Positions 19,521 through 28,338 of a DNA stretch of 64,000 nt are shown piece after piece. This DNA is from Cenarchaeum sp. (lineage in GTDB: Archaea > Thermoproteota > Nitrososphaeria > Nitrososphaerales > Nitrosopumilaceae), in contig OZ243037.1 of the NCBI GenBank assembly GCA_965212015.1, positions 1,024,001 through 1,088,000 of the forward strand, read 5' to 3'. The translations under genes were made by a program, and so were the position numbers. The first letter of the stretch is position 1. Every line of letters begins with the position of its first letter. Under the pieces are notes generated by a model. The model saw nothing but the letters and a program-made list of their open reading frames with translations, had not been told where the DNA came from and ran no database searches.

Positions 19521-22487
19521 TTGAACCTGACTGCCGCGATGGTTGCATTGGCGTTTTTGATGCTGGTTCCCGCCTATGCTGCGGCCCAAAGCACCGACAA
19601 GATAGTAATACAGGACAATTTCGGCGAATTTGACCGCGGAGACCTGGTCTTTCTCTTTGGCAGCATAACGCAGGTCGAGGCCGAGTCCTTTCTGATACTG
19701 CAGATAATCAACCCCGACGGCGACATTTGCAACATACAGCAGCTGACCCCGCTCTCAAACGGGATATTCCTCACAGAGCAGATTCCGCTGCAGGGAAGCA
19801 TCTGCGGGCTGGAGGGCAGGTACGACGTCAGGGTGTTTTACGGCGACAGCTCGGCTAGCGCGGAATTTACCACCACTTCAGAGATTTACCAGAAACCCTC
19901 CCCCGGGAATTATCTTGACATTGCAGCGGACCTTACAAGCCAAAAGATTGCCTCGCTTGAGAAAAACGTCGGCACGACGCTGACGGAATACACGTACAGG
20001 CTGGGCAATGCCACTGCCGGCGGCTCCCTTGAGAAAGTCGAGGGCGTTTACACCGACTTGTGGCTCGACTTTGTGGCAGACGACGAGATACACGAGATTG
20101 ATCCCGGTATTAGGCCCGCGGTGATTTCCGCACTGGACACTACGACGGGCCTGCTTGAGGAGGACAAGTTTTCATTTGATATTGCAAACGACATAGACCG
20201 GGACATATTTTCGGCAGTCTTTTACTATGAGATCGGCGACAAAAAGGCCGCAATCGACAAGCTAAACGACGTGTTTGTATCCATAAAGAACGTGGATCCG
20301 ATCAAGGTCAAAAGAAAGGCGCTGTCGTTTGCAGAGCTGGAGCAGACAGTCCAGAACCTGATGACCAAGACGGGCTTTATCCTGAGCAAGGACGTAAAGG
20401 AAGAGCTGGCCTTTATCTTTTCGCGGGGGACAGCCCCCATATACGCAACTGAGCTCAACGACCTGCTGGACTTGCTGACTGAGGCAAGATACCTTGATGT
20501 TATATCCCGCAAGGACAGCCCGCTTTACCGGCTGGTTCAAAACGAGTGGGAGTCGCGCAGGGCCTCACTGGCAGACAAGGGCAGCATCGAGGATCTCTTG
20601 GAGCCAAAAGAAAAGGTCACAAAGCTGCACAGCGCCGCCCTGCTGCTGCGCGACCTGGACAACGTGGACAGGTTCATCAGCAGGGATTCAAAAAGCAACT
20701 CGGATCTGGCAAACGTGATAATGCCGGACTGGAGGGATCTAGAGTCGGACCTGAGGCTTGCAACGTCAGTCGACGACATACTCGATGCGGCAACTGAGAT
20801 CAGGAACATGAGGGACATTGTGGATATTTCCTCGCGAATCACAAAGGTGGTGGAGATTTCAGAGTCGACTAGTATAGACAGCGGAATCGTCGACGGGTGG
20901 GAGAACCTGCTAGAGGAGATAAAGATGGCCCGCTCCGTCCCAGAGATGCTGCTGATAGTCTCAGAGTTCGACCGATCCATCAACGAGTTCAGAGAAAAGC
21001 GCAGCCCGCTGACGATATTAAAGTTCGAGTACGAAAAGCTAAAGGCAAAGGCAAACTTGCAGGCAGACTATGACAACATACTGAAAATCAACGACGCGCT
21101 GAGGATAATTGAGACTGCCCAGCAGATAGAGGCGGGCAATCCCACCGTGAGCAGAATCGACAGGATAGAGGTGCTGCTAGTCGGGGTAAGCGAGGCGGTC
21201 CCCGCGATAAGGGCGGATCTAGAGTCGTATACGAAGGATGCGTACAATGTTCGCGCAGGCGACATACTAAAGAGGATAAAATCAATCGAGAACCTGGTAG
21301 AGTCCAGCCTGATCAGCAAGAGGTTCCTGCCAGGATTTACCGACTTTGCAGAGTCGATGAACGTGAGGCTTGACGAGATTCGCGAGCTTGTCATAAACGA
21401 CGAGCTGGCCAGGGCAGACGACCTGGTAGGCGAGATGTTCTCAGAATGGCAGCTAGTCACCTCGGCGTACGCCAAGGATCCGTACGGCTCCAAAAAGGGC
21501 TACAACCTTGACGAGCTAAAAAAGATAGAGTTCCGCGAGAGAATAGAGGTCATGAACGTTGCAGTAAAGAACTTTTACAATGTAAACTTTGAGCCGCACG
21601 CCGACGAGTATTCGGATCTTACAAGCGACGCATACGACCTGATAGATCGCGGCAATTTCATCGACGCCGAGTCAAAGATACTGGAGATCGGGGACTTTTT
21701 GGGGGAAAACCTGGCCCTCAAGCACGACAGGATAATATTCGACATATCATATGACCAGGAGGACGCAAACTGGGTGCTCTCCGGATACCTCAACAAGATG
21801 ATCGACTGGAGGCAGAACATCTATCTGACGATATACGACAAGGACGCCAACATACAAAACGAGCTAAAGTTCACAGACACGAGGCAGGGCGAGTTCCTGA
21901 CCAGGTGGCACTCCCCCACGGAGCCCGGGATGTACATAGTGTCACTAGAGTGGGAGAACACAGAGGCCTCGCAGATAGTCTATGTGCCAAAGGTGGTGGA
22001 TTACGACTATACCGACAAGGATCTTAGTATAGTGGAGCTTGCCCGGGAGTTTGAGGAGCTAGAGTCGTTCATCGAGTCCTTTGGCGGCGACAATTACAAA
22101 AACGACAGGTTCGGCGATCTGATGCTTGACATTGAAAAGGCGCTGGAGGACAAGGACGCGCAAAAGGCAAAGAGGGGCATAACGACGCTGACGACTGCAA
22201 TCGAGAGGTACCTGCCAGAAAGGTCAAAGAACGCAGTAATCGAGGTGAGCTATGACAACGGCAAGCTCGTGCTTGCCGGCGCCGTAAAAAAGACGCTGGT
22301 CTTCAGCGAGGACCTCTTTGTGGACGTGTTTGACCAGAAAAAGAAACAGATCGACGAGATATTCCTCAAGGACTCCTCATCAGGACAGTTCAGCGAGACT
22401 GTGTTTTTGCCGCTAAAACCAGGCACGTACGTGGCGCAGCTGGACTATCACGGCACACTGGTCACCGACTTTTTCACCGTGGACTAG
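19521..22487 (+). CDS. large secreted/surface hypothetical protein (988 aa)
   Basis: Signal peptide; beta-rich domains at both ends (G.F...PL..G.Y.V pattern) flanking a long acidic helical region. Confidence 0.85.
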   Translation: MNLTAAMVALAFLMLVPAYAAAQSTDKIVIQDNFGEFDRGDLVFLFGSITQVEAESFLILQIINPDGDICNIQQLTPLSNGIFLTEQIPLQGSICGLEGRYDVRVFYGDSSASAEFTTTSEIYQKPSPGNYLDIAADLTSQKIASLEKNVGTTLTEYTYRLGNATAGGSLEKVEGVYTDLWLDFVADDEIHEIDPGIRPAVISALDTTTGLLEEDKFSFDIANDIDRDIFSAVFYYEIGDKKAAIDKLNDVFVSIKNVDPIKVKRKALSFAELEQTVQNLMTKTGFILSKDVKEELAFIFSRGTAPIYATELNDLLDLLTEARYLDVISRKDSPLYRLVQNEWESRRASLADKGSIEDLLEPKEKVTKLHSAALLLRDLDNVDRFISRDSKSNSDLANVIMPDWRDLESDLRLATSVDDILDAATEIRNMRDIVDISSRITKVVEISESTSIDSGIVDGWENLLEEIKMARSVPEMLLIVSEFDRSINEFREKRSPLTILKFEYEKLKAKANLQADYDNILKINDALRIIETAQQIEAGNPTVSRIDRIEVLLVGVSEAVPAIRADLESYTKDAYNVRAGDILKRIKSIENLVESSLISKRFLPGFTDFAESMNVRLDEIRELVINDELARADDLVGEMFSEWQLVTSAYAKDPYGSKKGYNLDELKKIEFRERIEVMNVAVKNFYNVNFEPHADEYSDLTSDAYDLIDRGNFIDAESKILEIGDFLGENLALKHDRIIFDISYDQEDANWVLSGYLNKMIDWRQNIYLTIYDKDANIQNELKFTDTRQGEFLTRWHSPTEPGMYIVSLEWENTEASQIVYVPKVVDYDYTDKDLSIVELAREFEELESFIESFGGDNYKNDRFGDLMLDIEKALEDKDAQKAKRGITTLTTAIERYLPERSKNAVIEVSYDNGKLVLAGAVKKTLVFSEDLFVDVFDQKKKQIDEIFLKDSSSGQFSETVFLPLKPGTYVAQLDYHGTLVTDFFTVD

Positions 22488-23703
22488 CGCGCACTGCGTC
22501 TTTTACCATTCCGAATAGCTGCCGCACTGCCAGGTGTGGATGGCGCGATGCCAGCCTTGCGGCGTATTGGAGCCCAAAGTCGGCCTTTATAAAATCGACA
22601 AACTCTTTTGCGTCAAGCTCCCTGATGGCGTCAAGCTCGGCGTCCCACTGTTTGTCAGTCAGGCCAATCCACCTGTCCTGTATTCTGCCTGCGGAGCGTA
22701 TCTTTGATTGAATTTCCGCGCGCCACTGCCTCTCATATCGCCAAAGGGCCTTTTTTGACGTATCACCATTCCTGACTGCCCGGCTTGCTATGCCGCCGGC
22801 AAGCCGGCCGAACTTTATGGCGTACCGGATTCCCTCAAGTACTAGCGGGTTTGCCTGTCCCGCAGAGTCTCCCACCAGTATGAGGTTGTCGTGTACGGTC
22901 CTGCGGGAAAGGCCGTCGTTTGGAATCAGGCCGTAATGGGACTCTATGAGCTCAAGGCCTCCGAGACTTCCTATGGGTCCCAGCTTTTTTGCAATTATCT
23001 CATCGAGTCTTTTGGCAGGATCCACGCCGGATTCCGGCCTGCCGATTCCCACGCCTATGCGGACCCTGTCGCCGCCCAGCGGAAATATCCAGGCATATCC
23101 GGCGGGCGAATACTGCTGGCCTACCATCAGCCACCACGTGTGCGCATCGGCGCCCTGCGCGCGCATCTCGTATTCGGCGCCCACCCCGAACCTCTTCCAC
23201 CGTTCTACTAGCCCCATGGATTTAGAGACAACAGAGGCAAACCCGCTTGCGTCAATGACGGTCTTTGCAAAAAATTCCCGGCGCGAGTCGCCATCGCCTG
23301 CAGCTATTCCGGCTATCCTGCCAGCATCGTCCTTTAGCACGCCGGTGGCAACAGTCCCCGTAAAGATTTCCGCGCCCTGCTCCCTTGCCTGTTCTGCCAG
23401 CCACCTGTATGTTTTTCTGACGTCCAGTACTGCTGCCATCGGGGTTTTGGAGCTGATTGTGACTGTATTGTTTGGCGAGCAAAAGGAATAGTTTCTCACC
23501 GGATTGTAAAGACTGTCCGGAATACCGAGGGATTCTGCGTCGGATATCCAGGTGACCCCGCTGGTCCTGACGCTTTGCGCGATTGACTCCTCCTTTTCTA
23601 GCAGGGCCACGCTAGAGCCGTCCCTTGCGCAGGCGTATGCAGCAGAGGATCCAGCGGGGCCTCCCCCCACCACTATGACGTCAAAATCGTATCGTTTTGG
23701 CAA
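22474..23703 (-). CDS. geranylgeranyl reductase-family FAD-dependent oxidoreductase
   Basis: DVIVVGGGPAGS, IDASG, GYAWIFP, LVGDSAGQANP..EGI; TTG start inferred. Confidence 0.9.
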   Translation of the reverse strand: MPKRYDFDVIVVGGGPAGSSAAYACARDGSSVALLEKEESIAQSVRTSGVTWISDAESLGIPDSLYNPVRNYSFCSPNNTVTISSKTPMAAVLDVRKTYRWLAEQAREQGAEIFTGTVATGVLKDDAGRIAGIAAGDGDSRREFFAKTVIDASGFASVVSKSMGLVERWKRFGVGAEYEMRAQGADAHTWWLMVGQQYSPAGYAWIFPLGGDRVRIGVGIGRPESGVDPAKRLDEIIAKKLGPIGSLGGLELIESHYGLIPNDGLSRRTVHDNLILVGDSAGQANPLVLEGIRYAIKFGRLAGGIASRAVRNGDTSKKALWRYERQWRAEIQSKIRSAGRIQDRWIGLTDKQWDAELDAIRELDAKEFVDFIKADFGLQYAARLASRHPHLAVRQLFGMVKDAVRASPR

Positions 23704-23731
23704 CAGATCACCAGTAGAATGACGGCTAGAT

Positions 23732-23941
23732 TTACTTTTTGAGTACCGGCCTGCCCTCGGTATCTGCCTGTCTTTCCGGATCAAAGGTCTGATCGTGGCC
23801 GTGTTCTTTGTGCATATAGCTGTGCGTCTCGCCCTCCCTCTTGCGGCAGAATTTCTTGTGAATCTTGTTTTCAATGTCCAGCGTGGTCTGGTTTTCGTGG
23901 TAAAGCCTCTTTCCACAGTCCTCGCAGATTATCTCCGGCAT
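23732..23941 (-). CDS. small Cys/His-rich hypothetical protein
   Basis: MPEIICEDCGK...IHKKFC...HKEHGH; Zn-finger-like. Confidence 0.65.
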   Translation of the reverse strand: MPEIICEDCGKRLYHENQTTLDIENKIHKKFCRKREGETHSYMHKEHGHDQTFDPERQADTEGRPVLKK

Positions 23942-24185
23942 GCTCAAGAGTCAGGTGCGAATGTATTTAGATGTTTTTTTACCCCCTGCGGCCATCCCGG
24001 TACGTCAAGCAGGACAATTATGTGCAAAATTAGACTCTAAATGGCTTAAAAGAGGATTGCGGGATGATCGCAATAATACATATACGGCCCACTATGATCC
24101 GATCAAATATTGATCACAGGCTAAAATTACCCCTATTTGGAGCACAGGATGGAATTGTTGTTGACCCAAGGTATGCTGTAAACCG

Positions 24186-24590
24186 ATGAGGCAATTTATG
24201 TACAAGGTGAATCATATTGATCTAGTGTCACTTCAAATTGAAACCGAATCGTCACAAAATCAGGCGATGAATCTTGCAAGCAATCATCTCAAAATAGTCC
24301 TGAATGAAACGGAATATGAATTTCCACATATGGGCGCAGCGTTTTCCGATTACGACAAGAGTGCCACGGCACGTATTCCACTGGAAACAGACATTTTTGA
24401 CTATTACCACAAAATAGACCCAAACAGGCCGATAACACGATTAGACGTACAACAGATAATCAGGAACAAATTCACCGATATAGTAAACACACGCAATCCA
24501 GGCATCCCGTCAATTAATTTCGAACATGCAGTCCGAATGCCTGTGAATATGGTCAGGACATTCGCATATGAGACCGGAGTCTGTCTTTGA
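24186..24590 (+). CDS. hypothetical protein, C-terminus probably lost at a deletion junction
   Basis: 134-aa ORF whose last ~22 codons overlap, antisense, the SWIM gene remnant. Confidence 0.5.
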   Translation: MRQFMYKVNHIDLVSLQIETESSQNQAMNLASNHLKIVLNETEYEFPHMGAAFSDYDKSATARIPLETDIFDYYHKIDPNRPITRLDVQQIIRNKFTDIVNTRNPGIPSINFEHAVRMPVNMVRTFAYETGVCL

Positions 24591-24710
24591 AATAGTATAG
24601 AATTTGTTCTGATCGGACTGTGAAACTACCTTGAATTTGCCGATGGCGATCTGAGACACGTTGTCTGGTTCCTTGAGAATCTGCCTTGCCTGTTTGATTC
24701 TTTTGTTCAT
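24510..24710 (-). pseudogene. truncated SWIM zinc-finger protein (N-terminus of a transposase-like gene)
   Basis: MNKRIKQARQIL...FKVVSQS...FYTI...ICECPDHIHRHSDC, then an abrupt end. The SWIM CxC...CxH motif lacks its last His and no DDE domain follows. Confidence 0.72.
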
Positions 24711-24712
24711 AT

Positions 24713-24785
24713 GTGATATTATCACTAGGGATATAATAATATTATTATCACTAGGGATATAATAATATTACTATCACTAGGGATC
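24713..24785. repeat. three tandem imperfect palindromes TATCACTAGGGAT(A/C), 26-bp period
   Basis: Copies at 24720-24733, 24746-24759 and 24772-24785 with near-identical AT-rich linkers; an extra inverted repeat GTGATA-T-TATCAC at 24713-24725. Confidence 0.95.
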
Positions 24786-24794
24786 GTATTAATC

Positions 24795-24801
24795 TTTATA
24801 A
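24795..24801 (+). promoter_or_regulatory. TATA box of the island operon
   Basis: TTTATAA ends 23 nt before ATG 24824, a spacing that fits a leaderless archaeal transcript. Confidence 0.65.
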
Positions 24802-24823
24802 GGGGGTAAATTGTAAATACAGT

Positions 24824-25003
24824 ATGCCAAAATGGAAGAAAGATCAAAAAATATTCAGAATTCATTTACATTATGATGATCGACGTGGCTGTATGACCAC
24901 ATTGCCAAAACCTATTTTAGATTTTTTTAAAACCCCCGATAATCTTGTAATAAAAATTACAAAATCTGGAAAAGTGAACATAATAAACGAGGATGTGGTA
25001 TAA
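24824..25003 (+). CDS. small AbrB/MazE-like DNA-binding protein (59 aa)
   Basis: Manual translation MPKWKKDQKIFRIHLHYDDRRGCMTTLPKPILDFFKTPDNLVIKITKSGKVNIINEDVV. G-x-x-T-L-P-K-x-I pattern of swapped-hairpin proteins; TAATG overlap with the MTase start. Confidence 0.78.
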   Translation: MPKWKKDQKIFRIHLHYDDRRGCMTTLPKPILDFFKTPDNLVIKITKSGKVNIINEDVV

Positions 25004-25965
25004 TGTCAAAACAGATTATGAAAACACCTTGGTTAGATACTATTGAAGAAAAGCGTGAAAATGGAGTGTATTATACAATTAACAATCCATTCAAATTATT
25101 GCCGTTTAAGAAATGGGCAAAAGAATCAAAGATTACAAAATCTAAGATCTTAGAACCATTTGCAGGAGCCAATAATATTATTACTATGTTAAAACAAGAA
25201 AAATTATGTGGTAAATTTTGCTCATATGATATAGATCCAAAAAATAAAATTGTAAAAAGAAAAAATACTATAGTTGATTTTCCCACCGGATACAAAACTT
25301 GCATTACTAATCCTCCATGGCTGACCAATTATTTTGCAAAGCGAAATAAAGTATTTTTCCCAGATACAAAACATGATAATTTATATAAAATATGTCTAGA
25401 ATTAGCATTAACAAAATGTGATAATGTGGCTTTTATAATTCCGGGTACATTTTTAAGAACTAAATTATTCAGAGAAAGACTAACATCAATTATTTTCATA
25501 AATAAAAAACTTTTTGTAGATACTGATCATCCTGTATGTATTGGACTTTTTAATAAAAATAAAGTAAATGATACTGATGTTTATTACGATAATGTTAATA
25601 TTGGAAAATTGAACAAGTTGGAAAAATATATGCCAAAACAGAATAATCATAAAATAAAAATTAAATTCAATGATCCAAATGGAAAAATTGGTCTATATGC
25701 AATAGATAATACAAAAGAGGAAACTATTAGATTTTGTAGAGGAGACGAAATTAAACGACGAGTCATATACAGTGATCGGTTAATAACTCGTATAAGTGTA
25801 GATCGCAAAATTGATATAGACATACTAAATCAACGTTTAAACATGATTAGGAAAAAAACCCATGATGTATTTTTTGCACCATTCAAAGGATTAAGAAAAG
25901 ATGGACAATATCGAAGGCGTATCGACTATGAATTTGTGAGGAATTTGATCAATGACATCTCCTGA
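25003..25965 (+). CDS. DNA amino-methyltransferase (N6-A/N4-C), gamma-class motif order
   Basis: GVYYT (motif X), ILEPFAG (motif I), YDIDP (II), ITNPPW (IV), AFIIP; very AT-rich. Confidence 0.88.
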   Translation: MSKQIMKTPWLDTIEEKRENGVYYTINNPFKLLPFKKWAKESKITKSKILEPFAGANNIITMLKQEKLCGKFCSYDIDPKNKIVKRKNTIVDFPTGYKTCITNPPWLTNYFAKRNKVFFPDTKHDNLYKICLELALTKCDNVAFIIPGTFLRTKLFRERLTSIIFINKKLFVDTDHPVCIGLFNKNKVNDTDVYYDNVNIGKLNKLEKYMPKQNNHKIKIKFNDPNGKIGLYAIDNTKEETIRFCRGDEIKRRVIYSDRLITRISVDRKIDIDILNQRLNMIRKKTHDVFFAPFKGLRKDGQYRRRIDYEFVRNLINDIS

Positions 25966-26611
25966 TTATGAACATGGCAGATTTACTCTAAAAAGACAAT
26001 TTGTTAAAGATGGCATAAATGTATCCGAAGACAAAATAAAATCATATTGTAATGAAGGTGGATATGATGAACAGGTGGTTAGAACTAAAATTAATGACGA
26101 TATAATGTTCCGATGGTTTTTTGTTAAAGATCCTATACGACAAAATTTTTATGAATTATTATTTTTGGATTTTGTTAAAGAAATAAATGGAATATCTAAT
26201 GCGGAAAAACCGTCTCCAGTGCTTCAACTTTATGAAGGTGAAATATTATCAACTGAGGAAATAAAAAAGAGAAATATTTATCCACCTTGTAAAAGCATTG
26301 ATTTTTCATGGAAATATAAAAATAATGATTTTTATGTATATCATAAATATGCTAAAGATTCTGGCGGTCATCAAGATAATCAATACCAAGATTTACAATG
26401 TTTTATAGAGGAAGCGAATAAAGTGAAAATACAAAATACGTTTTTCCTTGCTGTTGCAGATGGAGAATTTTGGAATACAATGAATGGAAAAGCTAGAATG
26501 ACTAAAATTGAAAGATTAAGAACTCTTGTAAATAATACAACTGTTTTTGCATTACAAAGTTCTGATCTAATTACGTTATTAGGAAACATAACGAACAATG
26601 AAACGACTTAA
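25952..26611 (+). CDS. putative type II restriction endonuclease
   Basis: Overlaps the MTase gene; KDP.RQN.YE, KSIDF, HKY...SGGHQDNQ and AVADGEFW suggest a variant PD-(D/E)xK core. Confidence 0.62.
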   Translation: MTSPDYEHGRFTLKRQFVKDGINVSEDKIKSYCNEGGYDEQVVRTKINDDIMFRWFFVKDPIRQNFYELLFLDFVKEINGISNAEKPSPVLQLYEGEILSTEEIKKRNIYPPCKSIDFSWKYKNNDFYVYHKYAKDSGGHQDNQYQDLQCFIEEANKVKIQNTFFLAVADGEFWNTMNGKARMTKIERLRTLVNNTTVFALQSSDLITLLGNITNNETT

Positions 26612-26864
26612 TGCAGGTTATGGGTTTAGACCTGAAAAAATAAATCCATTATGCAGTGATAAATGTCTGAAATATAAAGCAAAACAAAAGTGGGGAATGA
26701 GCCGTTATGACGACGGGCAAAAATTTTGCCCAATATGTCATGTATTCATCAGATTTAACGATTCTAAATGTCCATGTTGTAAATCTAATCTGAACACAAA
26801 AGGCAAAGATTCAAAAAACCGTATAAGAAAAAAGGCAAAAAATTCAGATAAAATTAAAGATTAA
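26598..26864 (+). CDS. small basic Zn-ribbon protein (88 aa)
   Basis: CSDKC...RYDDGQKFCPIC...FI...CPCC...L.TK; overlaps the upstream gene. Confidence 0.75.
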   Translation: MKRLNAGYGFRPEKINPLCSDKCLKYKAKQKWGMSRYDDGQKFCPICHVFIRFNDSKCPCCKSNLNTKGKDSKNRIRKKAKNSDKIKD

Positions 26865-26974
26865 TATCGTTCCTGATCAGATCGCAAAAATCCCGAGATC
26901 CATGCCTAGGCCACGTTGATTATACAGAACCGGACGCAGATAAGTTTTTATATCAAACAAGCCTAGTACTATCA

Positions 26975-27277
26975 ATGAGTGAATCAAACGATCGATACAA
27001 TAACGCAAAAAAAATCGCTGAAGAGTCGGGAACACTTCTAAAGAATGAATTCGGCTCTGACCTTGATTGGAATTCTTCTCCAAGTACTAATCTTTCATTT
27101 GTCGTAAAGAAAGACAAGAATTACGAGATTATACTAGAGTATAATGCGGCTGATGATTTGTTTTTATTGTATGATAAAAACGCTAGAGCACAAAAAGACG
27201 AGACACTTGGAACCTTCTCCCCAACTGATGCCACGCCTTCAGATATTGTCAAGGCCGTAAAAAACCACGCAGTTTGA
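26975..27277 (+). CDS. hypothetical acidic protein (100 aa)
   Basis: Clean ORF with TTTTATA about 25 nt upstream; lies within the AT-rich island. Confidence 0.7.
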   Translation: MSESNDRYNNAKKIAEESGTLLKNEFGSDLDWNSSPSTNLSFVVKKDKNYEIILEYNAADDLFLLYDKNARAQKDETLGTFSPTDATPSDIVKAVKNHAV

Positions 27278-27695
27278 AGGTTTAGCTCGTTATCATTTTT
27301 TATCAACTGCCATATTGGCCTCTGAAATGGAGGTTCAGGAATGGATCAAGGTATCTGTTCAGGTCCCTTTACACGTAATTTGCCACTTCTGAGAGGGGAA
27401 CACCCGTATTCTTCCACGACATCCGGTACTATCGTACCGATGAACGTTGTTCCCGTAATCTGTACCTCATCCGATGGTGAGTAAGTCCTGTCAGGCGGAT
27501 AGCTGTAGAACCGTACGAGGTCACCTGTCACGCCTAAAGACAACCATGACGCAAAATTCGCGCCTAGTTCCAGTAGGACGTGGCCTCATACGTAGAACCC
27601 TGCTCAAGATTTAAATGAAAATGCGCCCAACCATACCAGAATGCACGAAAAACACCACAGTCCGGGCACATGCGGGCGGTGCCCCGGGACGCGGC

Positions 27696-27812
27696 ATGGA
27701 GTTTGACATTGCCGCGTTTGCAGCATGGTGTGCCGCCGCCGGAATAATAATTGCAGTATCCGGCCTCAGCTATCGCGCATACCAAAAATCAAGGGGCGAA
27801 TCGACAGACTAG
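27696..27812 (+). CDS. small single-TM protein (38 aa)
   Basis: [38 protein letters not shown]. Confidence 0.4.
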   Translation: MEFDIAAFAAWCAAAGIIIAVSGLSYRAYQKSRGESTD

Positions 27813-27814
27813 GG

Positions 27815-28230
27815 CATAATGCCGCGCCGGCAAGTACGCCCCCGTCGACGTCAAGGACCGCGCCAGCTATCCGGCTTGCCTCGTCATATGCCATAAACAG
27901 AACCACGTTTGCGACATCCTGCGGCTCGCCGACCCGCCCCAGCCCCTCTATCACCTTTCGCGCGTCCGGATCCTCGAGGTACGGCTTTATCATTCGAGTT
28001 GACAATCCCGGGGCTTGTGCAGTTGCAGCGGATGTTCTGCCCGGCGTATTTGACTGCGATTGATTTTGTAGACATTGCCACGCCGGCCTTGGTTGACGAG
28101 TATGCGGCCAGGCATTCGCGGGACGGCCCTCTCGCCTGAGATGGATTCGGTGTTTATAATGACGCCGCTTTTTGCGTCGCTCATTTTTTTCAGTACCGCC
28201 CTGTCGGAAAAAACACCCACAGGATGTTGG
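27815..28230 (-). pseudogene. short-chain dehydrogenase/reductase pseudogene
   Basis: SDR motifs split over three frames: SGVIIN.ESISG / AYSSTKAG...NIRCNC.SPG / [16 protein letters not shown]...LDVDGG. The N-terminal Rossmann part is not recognisable. Confidence 0.85.
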
Positions 28231-28338
28231 TATGAATCATTTTTTTAACCTCCGCATGCTGTAAAAGTGCACCGGATCATTTGGCGCCCCCGCTGACGAT
28301 TGCGACCCACCTGCACGAGTTACATGCGCGCCCTTGAA

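Noticed and set aside
24720-24785. 26-bp repeats as a mini CRISPR array
   Set aside because: Linkers are ~12 nt and nearly identical rather than unique spacers, and there are no cas genes; it is a tandem repeat.
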